DNA of 64,000 nucleotides, from the NCBI GenBank assembly GCA_963719505.1, contig CAVRCF010000005.1, forward strand, positions 800,001 to 864,000, read 5' to 3'. A model generated the notes under the pieces. It was not told the origin of the DNA. It did not search any database and saw nothing but the letters and a program-made list of their open reading frames with translations. Every line of letters starts with the position of its first letter. Position 1 is the first letter of the stretch. A program made the translations under genes and the position numbers. Positions 1-10,015 of this stretch are shown here, in pieces. The stretch is from Halobacteriovoraceae bacterium. Its GTDB lineage: Bacteria; Bdellovibrionota; Bacteriovoracia; Bacteriovoracales; Bacteriovoracaceae.

Positions 1-684
1 AAACGAGTTACGGCCATGGTCAATCGTCTTCGACTTACTCTGGGGCATCCAAGGCTTAATAAGAAGCGTATCTACAGGATCATGAGAGTGAATGGACTTC
101 TTCTTCCAAAGTCTGCTGTGACGAGAACTCACACTCCAACTGGCAAAGTAATGACTCTGCATTCAAATACAAGGTGGTGCAGTGATTGTTTTGAGATTAA
201 GTGCTTTAACGGAGAAAAAGTTTTTGTTTCTTTTGTTTTAGATACATGTGACAGAGAGGTTCTCTCATTTGTAGCTTCAAAATCACCACTGCTTGCGACT
301 GATATTGAGAGTCTGATGCTGAAAGCAGTTAAATACAGGTTTAAAGATTACAAAACTTTGAGAACGATAGAATTTTTATCGGATAGAGGAAGTATTTATC
401 GAGCCCATTCTGTTAAGAATTTGGCGAACCATCTTGGTTTAAAAAGCTGTTATACAGCTGCCTATAGCCCAGAATCAAATGGAATGAGTGAAGCTTTTGT
501 GAAAACGATCAAGCGAGACTATGTCTACAACAGCGACTGTTACAGTGCGGATGTAGTGCTGAAGATGATCAAGGGTTGGATGAAAGATTATAATGAAATA
601 GCACCTCATTCAGGGCTTGGCATGTTGAGCCCGAAAGAGTATTTATTAGAAAATCAAAGGTAGCCTAAAACGGGGTCCAATCCA
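1..684 (+). mobile_element. IS3-family (IS2-like) insertion sequence, right part; left end outside window
   Basis: Contains transposase OrfB. Right end ...AAAACGGGGTCCAATCCA (revcomp TGGATTGGACCCCG) resembles the IS2 terminal IR TGGATTTGCCCC. Confidence 0.85.
16..663 (+). CDS. IS3-family transposase OrfB (InsD-like DDE integrase core), 5'-partial
   Basis: NKKRIYRIMR, WCSDCFE, LDTCDRE, LSDRGSIY and SPESNGMSEAFVKTIKRDY motifs match IS2 InsD. Confidence 0.93.
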   Translation: MVNRLRLTLGHPRLNKKRIYRIMRVNGLLLPKSAVTRTHTPTGKVMTLHSNTRWCSDCFEIKCFNGEKVFVSFVLDTCDREVLSFVASKSPLLATDIESLMLKAVKYRFKDYKTLRTIEFLSDRGSIYRAHSVKNLANHLGLKSCYTAAYSPESNGMSEAFVKTIKRDYVYNSDCYSADVVLKMIKGWMKDYNEIAPHSGLGMLSPKEYLLENQR

Positions 685-1044
685 CATTGCTAAAAGAGAA
701 CTCTTTACTGAATTGAATATGAGATATGACAATCTTAATGACGAATTAGAAAAATTAGTACACTTAGAATTTGAAACAGACAGAGACGCTCAAATCAATG
801 GAGAAAAAGACCTTAACATGATCTGGAACGAACTTTTTGAATCTGAGCCCAAATTGCAAAGCAAGACGATCACCTCCGCTTTTGACTATATCAATTTATG
901 CTCTGAACAGTACTATTGGTACAAGAAAGGATTTATTGATGAGAGCGTATGGCAATGCTGGAAGAAAGGAATGCAAGACTGGGCTAAGTATTCATTCTTC
1001 ATTAAAAATATCATAAAGAGAGAAATTAAAAGAGAAGCCTCATA

Positions 1045-2281
1045 TGCAGTAGTCACGACTTGCGTTTACAAAACGCTCTCAGTCAAAGCTAATTTTTATT
1101 GTACAGAGATCTCATCACCTGTACTTTTGTTATCGTAAACCATCTCTCCATACTTTAGAACTCCTTCGGTAAAAGTTTCATAAGGAGTTCTCCCTTTGCA
1201 CCTCTTTCCTTGATTCGTTCTTTCAAAGTTATAGATCTTCATGAAATCGTCTAAGTCTTTCTGCATTTGATCTAGGCTTTTATAGAGGGTCTTTCTAAAA
1301 GCAACACTATAAAATTCAGCCTGAATCGTTTGATTCAGCTTCTCTACGGCTCCATTTGTTTGGGGATGTCTCACCTTGGTTCTACTGTGTTCAATATCGT
1401 TAAGGTGAAGAAAAAGCTGATAGTGGTGTTGTGTTTTTACTCCACAGTACTCTCGACCGTTGTCTGTTAAAACTCTCAGAACTGAGATCGCATGCTCATC
1501 AAAGAATGGAAGAACTTTACTGTTAAGAAAGTCCGCTGCGACTGTTTGGGTTTTATCAAGATAGAGTTTTGCAAAGCCGACATTTGAATAAGTATCGATT
1601 CCCGTTTGCTGATAAATTTTTCCAACACCTTTGATGTACCCTACGTAGTAGGTGTCTTGAGCAAAAAGGAACCCACTGTGGTGTGTTTCAATTTCTCCAT
1701 GTGCCTCTTTCTCGAGCTTTTGATCTTCTAATGCTTTAACTTGAGATTCTGTCAAAATGTTCTTCTCGTTTTTAGACCACTCTTCAAGTCTTTTAAGGCG
1801 GAGTTTTTTGTTCTCGATTTGATGACGAAGCCATACACTTCTCACGCCACCTGGACTAATCAAGATACCGGCTCTTTTAAGCTCGTTAGAAACTCTTACT
1901 TGTCCATGAGTAGGATTTTCTAGGGCATAGTCTAGGATCGATTTCTCTGTTTCTGGGGCACAGCGATTGGCCATTCTCGGGCCTCGTCTAGTCTTCTGAG
2001 TAAGTCCTTCAAGGCCTTCTTCTTTAATCGCTGTTTTAATGTCGTAGTAATGTTGTCTGCTCACACCCATTTGTTTGCAAGCTTTTGAAATGTTCATCAT
2101 CGTGTCAGCAAAGTCTACTATGCTAAGTTTCCGATTAATGAGATACTGTTGTTGAGTCATGTGTTTCTCCTTTTTGTTAAAACTGTTTTGTAGTAATTAC
2201 AATTTTAACTGAGAACGCATGACTCAAAAATTACCGGCAATCTTTAGTCAAGTGTTGTAAATGCAACTCGTGTTACTTCCA
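1045..2281 (-). mobile_element. IS481-family insertion sequence, complete, with 7-bp target duplication CCTCATA
   Basis: Imperfect ~27-bp IRs (TGCAGTAGTCACGACTTGCGTTTACAA at 1045; TTGTAAATGCAACTCGTGTTACTTCCA ending 2281). CCTCATA at 1038-1044 and 2282-2288. Confidence 0.92.
1096..2160 (-). CDS. IS481-family transposase
   Basis: HTH NISKACKQMGVSRQHYY; DDE core AQDTYYVG / LTDNGREY / PQTNGAVE. Confidence 0.95.
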   Translation of the reverse strand: MTQQQYLINRKLSIVDFADTMMNISKACKQMGVSRQHYYDIKTAIKEEGLEGLTQKTRRGPRMANRCAPETEKSILDYALENPTHGQVRVSNELKRAGILISPGGVRSVWLRHQIENKKLRLKRLEEWSKNEKNILTESQVKALEDQKLEKEAHGEIETHHSGFLFAQDTYYVGYIKGVGKIYQQTGIDTYSNVGFAKLYLDKTQTVAADFLNSKVLPFFDEHAISVLRVLTDNGREYCGVKTQHHYQLFLHLNDIEHSRTKVRHPQTNGAVEKLNQTIQAEFYSVAFRKTLYKSLDQMQKDLDDFMKIYNFERTNQGKRCKGRTPYETFTEGVLKYGEMVYDNKSTGDEISVQ

Positions 2282-2324
2282 CCTCATACTACAATGATGA
2301 CTTCTTTGACATTTTCTCTGAAAG

Positions 2325-2669
2325 CTAGAGTTTTATCTTACAAGTATCCAAGAGACCATAAACTAACTTAAGCTTTTCTATATCAATACCGTCCAACAAA
2401 TCATGACATTGATCTCTAAGACTGTATGTAGTGCTACCGGCTCCAACCTCTATATTCCATTCATATAAAGAATAACCTGTCGTATCCAAAAACATTTGAA
2501 TGTAAGTTTCGTTAATATCTTCTCTACCTGTTTCAAATTGATGAACTCTTGTGTGTGAGTAATTCATCTTCTGAGCTAGTTTTCTAATTCCAAAGTCTGC
2601 TTTTATTCTTAAAACCTTGAGTGCTTTTGATTCTTTAGTCTCTTTAATAATTTGGTTACGTTTACTCAT
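2325..2669 (-). CDS. XRE-family HTH transcriptional regulator
   Basis: LKVLRIKADFGIRKLAQKMNYSHTRVHQFETGR HTH. Start moved to ATG 2669, which has a GGAG RBS. Confidence 0.8.
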   Translation of the reverse strand: MSKRNQIIKETKESKALKVLRIKADFGIRKLAQKMNYSHTRVHQFETGREDINETYIQMFLDTTGYSLYEWNIEVGAGSTTYSLRDQCHDLLDGIDIEKLKLVYGLLDTCKIKL

Positions 2670-2984
2670 AATAATTCTCCATTGTTGGTGAAAATTAATA
2701 TGGTTAACGACGAAAAGAAGAGAGCTTTGTACAGCGGTGTAAAAGACTATCAACACTAGCTCTAGCCAGTTGAGATGCCTAAAATCACCATTTGTGCTTA
2801 GAGATTTGTGACCTTATGCCTCATAAGCACAGGTTAAGCACAAAATAAGCCAAATAGTGAAGGCCCATGAAAGTCTGTGACAGTTTACGTGCCTTGAACT
2901 TGATCAAGTAATTGAAACTTCGTTGTAATGTTATTAAGTAGTCAAAAAAAAGCTGCCATTATCGAACAAACAGCAGCTAATTAA

Positions 2985-3062
2985 TGGAGGAGACAGCCGG
3001 ATTTGAACCGGCGGCGGTACAGTTTTGCAAACTGCTCCCTTGGACCACTCGGGCATGTCTCC
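2985..3062 (-). tRNA. tRNA-Cys(GCA), CCA encoded
   Basis: Revcomp: acceptor stem GGAGACA/TGTCTCC, anticodon arm GCAGT-TTGCAAA-ACTGT, T-arm GCCGG-TTCAAAT-CCGGC, 3' TCCA. Confidence 0.95.
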
Positions 3063-3125
3063 ATAAAATGAGTAATTATAATTGCTTAGAAAGATTTAGT
3101 TGTCAATCGTTTCTTAGGTTTATGC

Positions 3126-3626
3126 CTATTGAACAATGACTTTCTTAACTCCAATCGTTCCAACCAGCATCTTTTTATTTGAGACAAAATGCAACTTACT
3201 CGTTTTCGCTCCCTTGTGCGATAGTCTCCATTTATCTCCATTTCGACTAAGATCCAAAAGAAGCTCTCCACGAGTTCCTGTTATACCATTGTAGAGATAA
3301 TCAAGTTTAACCTCTCCACCTTGATGGCCTGAGAAGTTAGTTGAAAGGAGCCTCACTATTTTTCTTCCTTCTTTTTCCATAAGGTCAAACCCTTCATGCA
3401 CTTCATCAGCATCAAAGTTTTTATTTGTTCTAACTGAACCTGAACGAGCTATAACCTTAAGGTTTAGCCCTGTAATATCGCTTTGAGCGTCTGTTATAAG
3501 AGAGATGACAATATCATCTGAGTCTTCTTCATTTGTGGCCGTAACAAGCTTTGTAAGTGCTGCCATTGAATTTACGCTGAAAGTTGCAATAAAAATCAAG
3601 ACTAAGAGACGGTAGATATTTTTCAT
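3126..3626 (-). CDS. Exported hypothetical protein
   Basis: Sec signal peptide ending SMA; GGAGG RBS. Confidence 0.75.
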   Translation of the reverse strand: MKNIYRLLVLIFIATFSVNSMAALTKLVTATNEEDSDDIVISLITDAQSDITGLNLKVIARSGSVRTNKNFDADEVHEGFDLMEKEGRKIVRLLSTNFSGHQGGEVKLDYLYNGITGTRGELLLDLSRNGDKWRLSHKGAKTSKLHFVSNKKMLVGTIGVKKVIVQ

Positions 3627-3770
3627 AATTCCTCCAAAAGGTAAGGTTATTCGAACATCTTCCGTGACATCTTTTTATCATATATTGCAATGATTGTGCC
3701 GCACACAAAGATAATAATTACGAACGCTTGAAGTTTTTCTAGGGGGTAACATTTTGGCTTCAGTGGAGAT

Positions 3771-3794
3771 TTGGCCCCAAAATATTGGGGCCAA
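3771..3794 (-). terminator. GC-rich hairpin downstream of ihfB
   Basis: TTGGCCCCAA-AATA-TTGGGGCCAA; no clear U tract. Confidence 0.5.
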
Positions 3795-3799
3795 TCAGA

Positions 3800-4105
3800 T
3801 TATGCTTCTCTAATGACGTATTTTTCTTTACCTGCATCAACCATCTCTTTAAGTTCTTTACCAACTTTAAAAAATGGAACTTTCTTAGGACTAACCTTTA
3901 CGACCTTACCAGTCTTTGGGTTTCTTCCTTCATATGCTTTGTAATTTCTATTAGCGAATGATCCAAATCCTCTAATCTCAATTCTTTCATCATCAAAAAG
4001 AGCCTGAATCATTGTATCGAAGGCTATATTGATAACCTTCTCAGATTGTTTAGGTGAAAGGTTAGCTTGCTTTTCAATGACAGCTATTAAGTCTGCTTTT
4101 GTCAT
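3800..4105 (-). CDS. ihfB: Integration host factor beta / HU-family DNA-binding protein
   Basis: MTKADLI...RIEIRGFGSF...GRNPKTG...PFFKVGKELKE. Confidence 0.85.
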   Translation of the reverse strand: MTKADLIAVIEKQANLSPKQSEKVINIAFDTMIQALFDDERIEIRGFGSFANRNYKAYEGRNPKTGKVVKVSPKKVPFFKVGKELKEMVDAGKEKYVIREA

Positions 4106-4285
4106 AATGTTCTCCCGATTGAGTTAACTATCTATTATTATATACCCTATCGTCCTAAGCCATTTAAAACATTAGCGTACCTTGTATTTTTGGCAGTAAT
4201 TTTTAAATATTTGTTAAAACTTAAAGCTAAGTCTTTGAAATTACGATGTCCTCCGTAATCTCTTCCATTCGAATGATAAAATACT

Positions 4286-4311
4286 CAAGTAAAGTGTTTG
4301 GAAACTCGATA
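4286..4311 (+). promoter_or_regulatory. FliA (sigma28)-like promoter
   Basis: CAAG-N16-TCGATA upstream of 4355. Confidence 0.5.
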
Positions 4312-4354
4312 AGAGGAATATATTGCCGGGACATATTCTCCCCAAAAAGGACAT

Positions 4355-5893
4355 ATGAGAAACGTTAAGACCTTATCATTATTTATGCTTCTAGTTCTTG
4401 CAGCCGCAAGCTGTAACACTGCGCCTACAAATAGACCTACTCTTTTAAAGAAAAGTGAGCTCAATGATAATGATGAAGATGAAGGCGTGACTCAAGAAGA
4501 TATTGATCAAGAAAGAATTGATAAATTAAAAAGACCTGATAATGCCGTCAAAATTAAAAGTGACTTTTGTGCCTGTGAAAGTGGTGAACCCATTTCATTT
4601 GGAAGCAACTGCGAAGCCTTTTGTGCCACTAAAAATGTTGCAGGAAGGAAACTCTATATCAATGTCGATATTACCGCAGCCATCTCAGAAAGAGATGATC
4701 TTGGAACTTTTGAAAGATGGTGTAATGGAACTATAATAGATGTTGAAACTGAAACTCAAGTCGGTGGAGATCCTCTATGTCGATTAGAAATGAAAGATTC
4801 AAATGGAAGTACGGCTTTTACAAATATTGATCCAATCAGTGCCGGATCCAATACTATACGGGTTGATATTTCTGACGAAGCAGCCATTCCAAATGATGAG
4901 ACCTATAGATTTAAAATTGTTGAAACAGGTTCAGGTGTCTCAAGTGATACCAAACAAATAAGACTGACAACAAAAAGAATCGATGATCCTGTTGGCGGTC
5001 CTCTAGCAACTGTTCCAGCTTATAGGTATACATGTATCAATATCAATACCACCTCAGATGGAGTTAGCCTTTTTTATGAAAGCGCATCTCGCCTGTATTT
5101 TTACTTTAATCCAGAAACAAGACCAGATCCGTTAACGGCTGATTTTCCAAATATCTTTTGTCACGACAAAGGAATTAGCAACGCCCCTATTAACGATCCA
5201 CTATTGGAACAAACTCCAAATGCACTCACACTTTGGGATGCTCTTGATCCAAGATTTTTTGATACCGATGGAAATGGAATTATCCAATTAAATGATCTTA
5301 TCCTTCAGTCACTTACCGACCAAGGTGTTCAAGTCAGTGCTGCTCCCGATATTTTCTACAAGTTTCAATGGGCCGTGGGGCTTGATACTTCTACTGCTAA
5401 CGGTAGTGGAACATCGACGACAGTGAATCCTGAGAACGCTGACCTGGGTTACTATATGACTCCTTGGACGGATCAACAGACCTTTAAATCATATTGCCCA
5501 ACCTCACAACACTACAATAGTAACAATCAGCTCTTTGTCGCTTTAAGAGATGTCGTTGGAGTTGATACTGAAGGTCTTTATATTGCTGAACAAGAAAGTG
5601 GAACCTCTCTTCTTCTTGTCAGAGAGTCCGACGTGAAACCAATTTGGTTTTACAAAGAAAATACAATCCCTATTCAACCTAATGAAGACACAATAAAGGG
5701 AAAGAAGATTCAATTCTACTGGCCAGCTGATCCAAGCTCGCCCTATATTAAAAAGTCACATCAGACGACTTTTACAGTAAAAAGAGCTAATGAAATTGGA
5801 GAAGCTGTTAGTCAAGATAGTCAAAATAATGATGGAGTTCCAACTCAGATGCCAACTCATGACAAAAGAATTGGGTGTATCCCTAAACTATGA
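4355..5893 (+). CDS. Cys-rich lipoprotein, unknown function
   Basis: Lipobox AASC; several Cys pairs. Confidence 0.8.
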   Translation: MRNVKTLSLFMLLVLAAASCNTAPTNRPTLLKKSELNDNDEDEGVTQEDIDQERIDKLKRPDNAVKIKSDFCACESGEPISFGSNCEAFCATKNVAGRKLYINVDITAAISERDDLGTFERWCNGTIIDVETETQVGGDPLCRLEMKDSNGSTAFTNIDPISAGSNTIRVDISDEAAIPNDETYRFKIVETGSGVSSDTKQIRLTTKRIDDPVGGPLATVPAYRYTCININTTSDGVSLFYESASRLYFYFNPETRPDPLTADFPNIFCHDKGISNAPINDPLLEQTPNALTLWDALDPRFFDTDGNGIIQLNDLILQSLTDQGVQVSAAPDIFYKFQWAVGLDTSTANGSGTSTTVNPENADLGYYMTPWTDQQTFKSYCPTSQHYNSNNQLFVALRDVVGVDTEGLYIAEQESGTSLLLVRESDVKPIWFYKENTIPIQPNEDTIKGKKIQFYWPADPSSPYIKKSHQTTFTVKRANEIGEAVSQDSQNNDGVPTQMPTHDKRIGCIPKL

Positions 5894-6577
5894 GTTTAGG
5901 TACTTCAAAGCAATATCGATTGTCGGCTTAATATTTGCTGTGAACATAAAATAAAAAACACTCAAATTTATTATCCCGACACCTGCAACAATCATAATCT
6001 TTTTTAAAATTCTTTTAAAAAGATTTCCCTTACTATTAAAGAGATTTAAAAAGAAACTTGCCACCAAAACACAAAAGACAATAATTCCATAGGTTTTCAT
6101 TTTCTCTGGCTCGTTAACGATAGAGACAAGCCTTGGCAAAGCTTTTTGATCACGAAGCCAAGCCACGAAAAAATCAAGTGATCTTGGATTATTTTCAAAG
6201 AATTTACCAATCGGAAGATTATTTAGCTGACCCTCGACAAGACTTCTCACCTCTCCTTCTGTCATTTTTGACATTGGATTTTCACGAAGAAAGCTTGCCA
6301 GCATCTCCTTCATCATCGAATCCATAATCCCCGTCAAATAACTCTCTTTAAGCTCTCTGGGTTTATAGACTGACTCATCTGAGGCATATTTATTTTGATT
6401 AACAGGAGAGATAACTTGAAGGTCTTCTACAGTGTCTCGTATTGACTCTTCAAGTTCATCATTTTGTTTTTCTTTTTGGCCATATTCTCTTAGGATTCTC
6501 TCTCTTTCTATCTCCTCATCGCTTTGAGCGAAAAGATTTAGTGATAAAAAAGAGAGAATAATAAGAAGTTTTATCAT
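5888..6577 (-). CDS. Exported/membrane hypothetical protein, last gene of the secDF operon
   Basis: Signal peptide and two C-terminal TM helices; start overlaps the secF stop. Confidence 0.75.
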   Translation of the reverse strand: MIKLLIILSFLSLNLFAQSDEEIERERILREYGQKEKQNDELEESIRDTVEDLQVISPVNQNKYASDESVYKPRELKESYLTGIMDSMMKEMLASFLRENPMSKMTEGEVRSLVEGQLNNLPIGKFFENNPRSLDFFVAWLRDQKALPRLVSIVNEPEKMKTYGIIVFCVLVASFFLNLFNSKGNLFKRILKKIMIVAGVGIINLSVFYFMFTANIKPTIDIALKYLNS

Positions 6578-7464
6578 TACGCTTTATTAAACTTATCAAA
6601 GAACATAATAGTTGGAGCTGCAACAAAAAGTGAAGAATATGTTCCGATAATAACACCTAAAGTGATAGCGAAGAAAAAGTCATGAATAACTCCACCACCC
6701 ATTGCAAACATCGTCACGGCTACAACTAAAGTTGTAAATGACGTCAGTATCGTTCTCGTAAGCGTCTCATTCAAGGCATTGTTAATATTGACCATTAATG
6801 AGCTTTGAACATCTTTCTCTTCGTTTTCACGAACTCTATCGTAGACAACAACCGTATCGTTAACCGAGTAACCAATAACGGCTAAAAGAGCACCAACGAT
6901 TTGAAGTGAGAATTCTTTATCCATAACAATGAAGACACCTACGATAATAACAACATCGTGAATAAGCGCCACAATCGCTCCTGGAGAATATTTATAATCA
7001 AATCTCAAGGCGATATAGATCATGATCATTAAAAGGGCCCAAATCAGTGCTTGAAAGCCTGATACTCTTAACTGCTCTCCAGCTTTTGGACCAACGATAT
7101 CCGTTTTCTGAATTGTCGGGTTAAAGCTTGAAAACTCGGTCATTAGCATTTTTGTAATCTGATCCGTAACCTGATTAAGATTTTCTTCAGAGCCACTCAC
7201 TTTAATAAGCAGTTCATTTTGAGAGTCTTCACCAATTTGCTGAACACTTGAAGATCTAAAGTTTTGATCAAGCTGTCCACGAAGTTTTCCCATATCAATT
7301 TTATCTGAGAACTGAACTTGAATCTCAGCTCCCCCACGAAAATCAACTCCGTAATTGAGACCTTTAGTAAAGAAAAGAAACAATGAAGCAACGACTAAAA
7401 CTAATGAGAAAACAACCGCTATAGGGAATTTTCCAACAAAGTCTATATTAAATTTTCTACTCAT
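6577..7464 (-). CDS. secF: Protein translocase subunit SecF
   Basis: GLNYGVDFRGG, VGPKAG, HDV, GYSVNDTVVVYDRVREN. Confidence 0.97.
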   Translation of the reverse strand: MSRKFNIDFVGKFPIAVVFSLVLVVASLFLFFTKGLNYGVDFRGGAEIQVQFSDKIDMGKLRGQLDQNFRSSSVQQIGEDSQNELLIKVSGSEENLNQVTDQITKMLMTEFSSFNPTIQKTDIVGPKAGEQLRVSGFQALIWALLMIMIYIALRFDYKYSPGAIVALIHDVVIIVGVFIVMDKEFSLQIVGALLAVIGYSVNDTVVVYDRVRENEEKDVQSSLMVNINNALNETLTRTILTSFTTLVVAVTMFAMGGGVIHDFFFAITLGVIIGTYSSLFVAAPTIMFFDKFNKA

Positions 7465-7491
7465 TTTATTATCCTTATGATTTTTTAACTA

Positions 7492-9198
7492 TTAAATGCT
7501 TACCGATTTTCCGTTTGTTCTATCCATGTAGAACTCAAAGAAAATTCTCCCAACAAAATATGACGTATAGACAGTACAAATAATTCCGATAATAAGGGTT
7601 ACGGCGAAACCTCTAATCGGTCCGGTACCAAAGTTCAGAAGCATAAGTCCAGCAACCGCAGTGGTTAAGTTGGCATCGAGGATAGTCCAGAAAGCTCTTG
7701 AAAATCCAGTTTCAACAGCTTCTCTTACTGGCGTTCCAAAGCGAAGTTCTTCTTTAATTCTCTCGTAGATAATAATATTGGCATCGATGGCCATCCCTAC
7801 CGTTAGAGCAATACCTGCAATACCTGGAAGAGTTAAAGTCGCTTCAAGTCCAACGAGACATGCAAGAACAAAAATAATATTCATAGCGAGTGTCTTGATA
7901 GCAAGAAGACCAGAGACCTTGTAGTAAATGAGGATAAAAAGAAAAACAATCCCTGCTCCAATAAGTCCAGCAAGTCTTGACCTTTCAATTGAATCAGCTC
8001 CAAGACTTGGTCCTACAATTCTTTGCTCTTGAAATTCAAGTTCAACTGGAAGTGCACCAGCACGTAAAACAAGGGCAAGATCTCCAGCTTCTTTTAACAG
8101 ATCGTTATAGTTTCCTTGGCCTAGGGTAATCTGAGCATTACCACCAGCAATTCTACTTTGGAAAGCCGGAGCAGAATAAACGTTTCCATCAAGAATGATT
8201 CCCATTCTCTTTCCGATATTGTCTCCCGACATTTTTTCGAAAAGCTTTGCACCTTTAGCTTTAAAACTAATAGCTACATAGGGCTGATTATTTTGCTGAT
8301 CAACTCTTACTGATGCATCTTGAAGTGAATCTCCAGTTAACTGAGCTGAAGATTCAACTACGTATGGAATAAGTTGTTCGATTTCATTCGTTACTTTATT
8401 GAGAGTTTTTTCAAAAACTAATTGATATCCATTTGGCATATCTTTCGCTGCAAATTTATTCATTTGTGCTACATACTCAGAGAATCTCTCCCCTTTTTTG
8501 TATTCTATTCCAGCCTTTTTAGAATCCATCATCCAAGAATTTAATAAAGTTGGATTAATATCATCGTTAACCATTTTGAATTCTAATTTTGCTGTTTTAC
8601 CGATAAGCTCTTTTGCTCTTTCGATATCCTTTACTCCTGGAAGTTGGATAACAACTCTATCATTACCTTGAGAGACAATCTCTGGCTCAGTCACACCAAA
8701 CTCATCAATTCTGTTTCTAATAACTTCAATTGATTTTTTTACGGCATTGTTTTCGATATCACTTTTGAATTCACGTCCTAGCGCATATTGAAGAGTTGAT
8801 CCACTTTCAGAAGTTAATCTAAGTGTCTGACCATAATATTGCTTTACAAATCCTTCTGCTCTTTGAACATCAGCAGGATTTGAAATCTCGATAGAATGCT
8901 TTGGATCTTCGAGATCTCTTACATCGAGTTTTCCAATTTCGCTTGCAATTCCTTCATCTTTTAAAATTGACTCAATTTTTTTCGCGTAGTTTTTAATTTC
9001 ATCAGCGTAAACTTTTTTGAAGTCAATTCCTAAAACCATATAAAGACCACCTTGAAGGTCAAGGCCTAGATTGATTTTAGATTTAACGGGAAATGAGCTT
9101 TTTTCGTCGAAGTTAAATACAGTTGGAACAACGGCCATAACCGCCATAACAAAAAGAAATAACATAAAGCTAAAACGGTACCACCAGCTGCGATTCAT
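7492..9198 (-). CDS. secD: Protein translocase subunit SecD
   Basis: LGLDLQGG, IRNRIDEFGVTEP, LRAGALP, VGPSLG, DANIIIYERIKEE. Confidence 0.97.
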   Translation of the reverse strand: MNRSWWYRFSFMLFLFVMAVMAVVPTVFNFDEKSSFPVKSKINLGLDLQGGLYMVLGIDFKKVYADEIKNYAKKIESILKDEGIASEIGKLDVRDLEDPKHSIEISNPADVQRAEGFVKQYYGQTLRLTSESGSTLQYALGREFKSDIENNAVKKSIEVIRNRIDEFGVTEPEIVSQGNDRVVIQLPGVKDIERAKELIGKTAKLEFKMVNDDINPTLLNSWMMDSKKAGIEYKKGERFSEYVAQMNKFAAKDMPNGYQLVFEKTLNKVTNEIEQLIPYVVESSAQLTGDSLQDASVRVDQQNNQPYVAISFKAKGAKLFEKMSGDNIGKRMGIILDGNVYSAPAFQSRIAGGNAQITLGQGNYNDLLKEAGDLALVLRAGALPVELEFQEQRIVGPSLGADSIERSRLAGLIGAGIVFLFILIYYKVSGLLAIKTLAMNIIFVLACLVGLEATLTLPGIAGIALTVGMAIDANIIIYERIKEELRFGTPVREAVETGFSRAFWTILDANLTTAVAGLMLLNFGTGPIRGFAVTLIIGIICTVYTSYFVGRIFFEFYMDRTNGKSVSI

Positions 9199-9316
9199 GA
9201 ATTTTCACCTTTTGTATAGATTTTTTATCTTTTGTCTAAATACTTTGTAATTTATTTTTAGACCAAAATTCTAAACAATTATAGGCGTCTGTGCAACTGT
9301 ATTGCTCTATATAGAT

Positions 9317-9646
9317 TTATTTCTTTTGGGGATCGATGTCACTGACGACATCTTCAGAATGATGAGAAGGATCAACATCTGATGGAAGTTCGTCTGAAAC
9401 TTCTGGTTGATCCAGAGGTGCAATTTGATGAGCGCTCTGTGAGCTTGTTTGAGAGTTTACTTTGTCATTTGACTGAGTGTTTGAATCAGGATTTTGGATC
9501 GATTCCTTGATACCATTCGCTGCATTTTGAAATTCACGAATCCCCTTACCAAGTCCTTTAGCGAGACCTGGCAACTTCTTGGGACCAATAAAGATCAGTG
9601 CAATGAAAAGGACAACAACAATTTCGCCAATACCTAATCCAAACAT
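9317..9646 (-). CDS. tatA: Twin-arginine translocase TatA/TatB-family subunit
   Basis: MFGLGIGEIVVVLFIALIFIGPKKLPGLAKGLGKGIREF. TatA versus TatB is not resolvable. Confidence 0.8.
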   Translation of the reverse strand: MFGLGIGEIVVVLFIALIFIGPKKLPGLAKGLGKGIREFQNAANGIKESIQNPDSNTQSNDKVNSQTSSQSAHQIAPLDQPEVSDELPSDVDPSHHSEDVVSDIDPQKK

Positions 9647-9658
9647 TCTTTGTCCTTA

Positions 9659-10000
9659 TTATTTCTTTTTTTCTTCTTTAGTCTCGTAAAGAGATTTTGC
9701 GCTTCCCGCAATTTGAGAACGTAAAAATTTAAGCTTCGTTCCACCATCAACTTCCAAAGTGACTATTTTGTCAGTAAGTCCGTAGATTGTTCCAATCATA
9801 CCAGATTTAGTGAAAACTTCCTCACCTTTTTGCATCCCAGCAACAAACTTTTGCTCTTCTTGCATTTTTTTCTTCTGAGGCTTGATCATAAGAAAATAGA
9901 AAACAATAAAGACCAAAATGATTGGTACAAAGTTCATGATTGGGTTTGTTTGGGCACCTGCCGCCTGAGCGTGTGCGTTAGAAATAAGTAAATCAAACAT
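9659..10000 (-). CDS. yajC: Preprotein translocase subunit YajC
   Basis: FYFLMIKPQKKK...KGEEVFTKSGMIGTI; position between tgt and secD. Confidence 0.95.
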   Translation of the reverse strand: MFDLLISNAHAQAAGAQTNPIMNFVPIILVFIVFYFLMIKPQKKKMQEEQKFVAGMQKGEEVFTKSGMIGTIYGLTDKIVTLEVDGGTKLKFLRSQIAGSAKSLYETKEEKKK

Positions 10001-10015
10001 TAAAGTCTCCTTAAA

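Larger units (their letters stand above)
686..2328 (+). pseudogene. Hypothetical protein gene interrupted by IS481 and truncated 5' by the IS2-like element
   Basis: Frame is open from the IS2 end (IAKRELFTELNMRYD...KREAS). After removing IS481 and one DR it continues YYNDDFFDIFSES* (stop 2326-2328). Confidence 0.8.

Noticed and set aside
713-1138. 141-aa ORF as an intact gene
   Set aside because: It is a chimera: the last ~30 codons are IS481 sequence, and the true 3' end is at 2289-2328.
4145-4176. FliA-like promoter for ihfB (TAAT...ACGATA on the - strand)
   Set aside because: Spacing is one base longer than in the other four matches; too weak to call.
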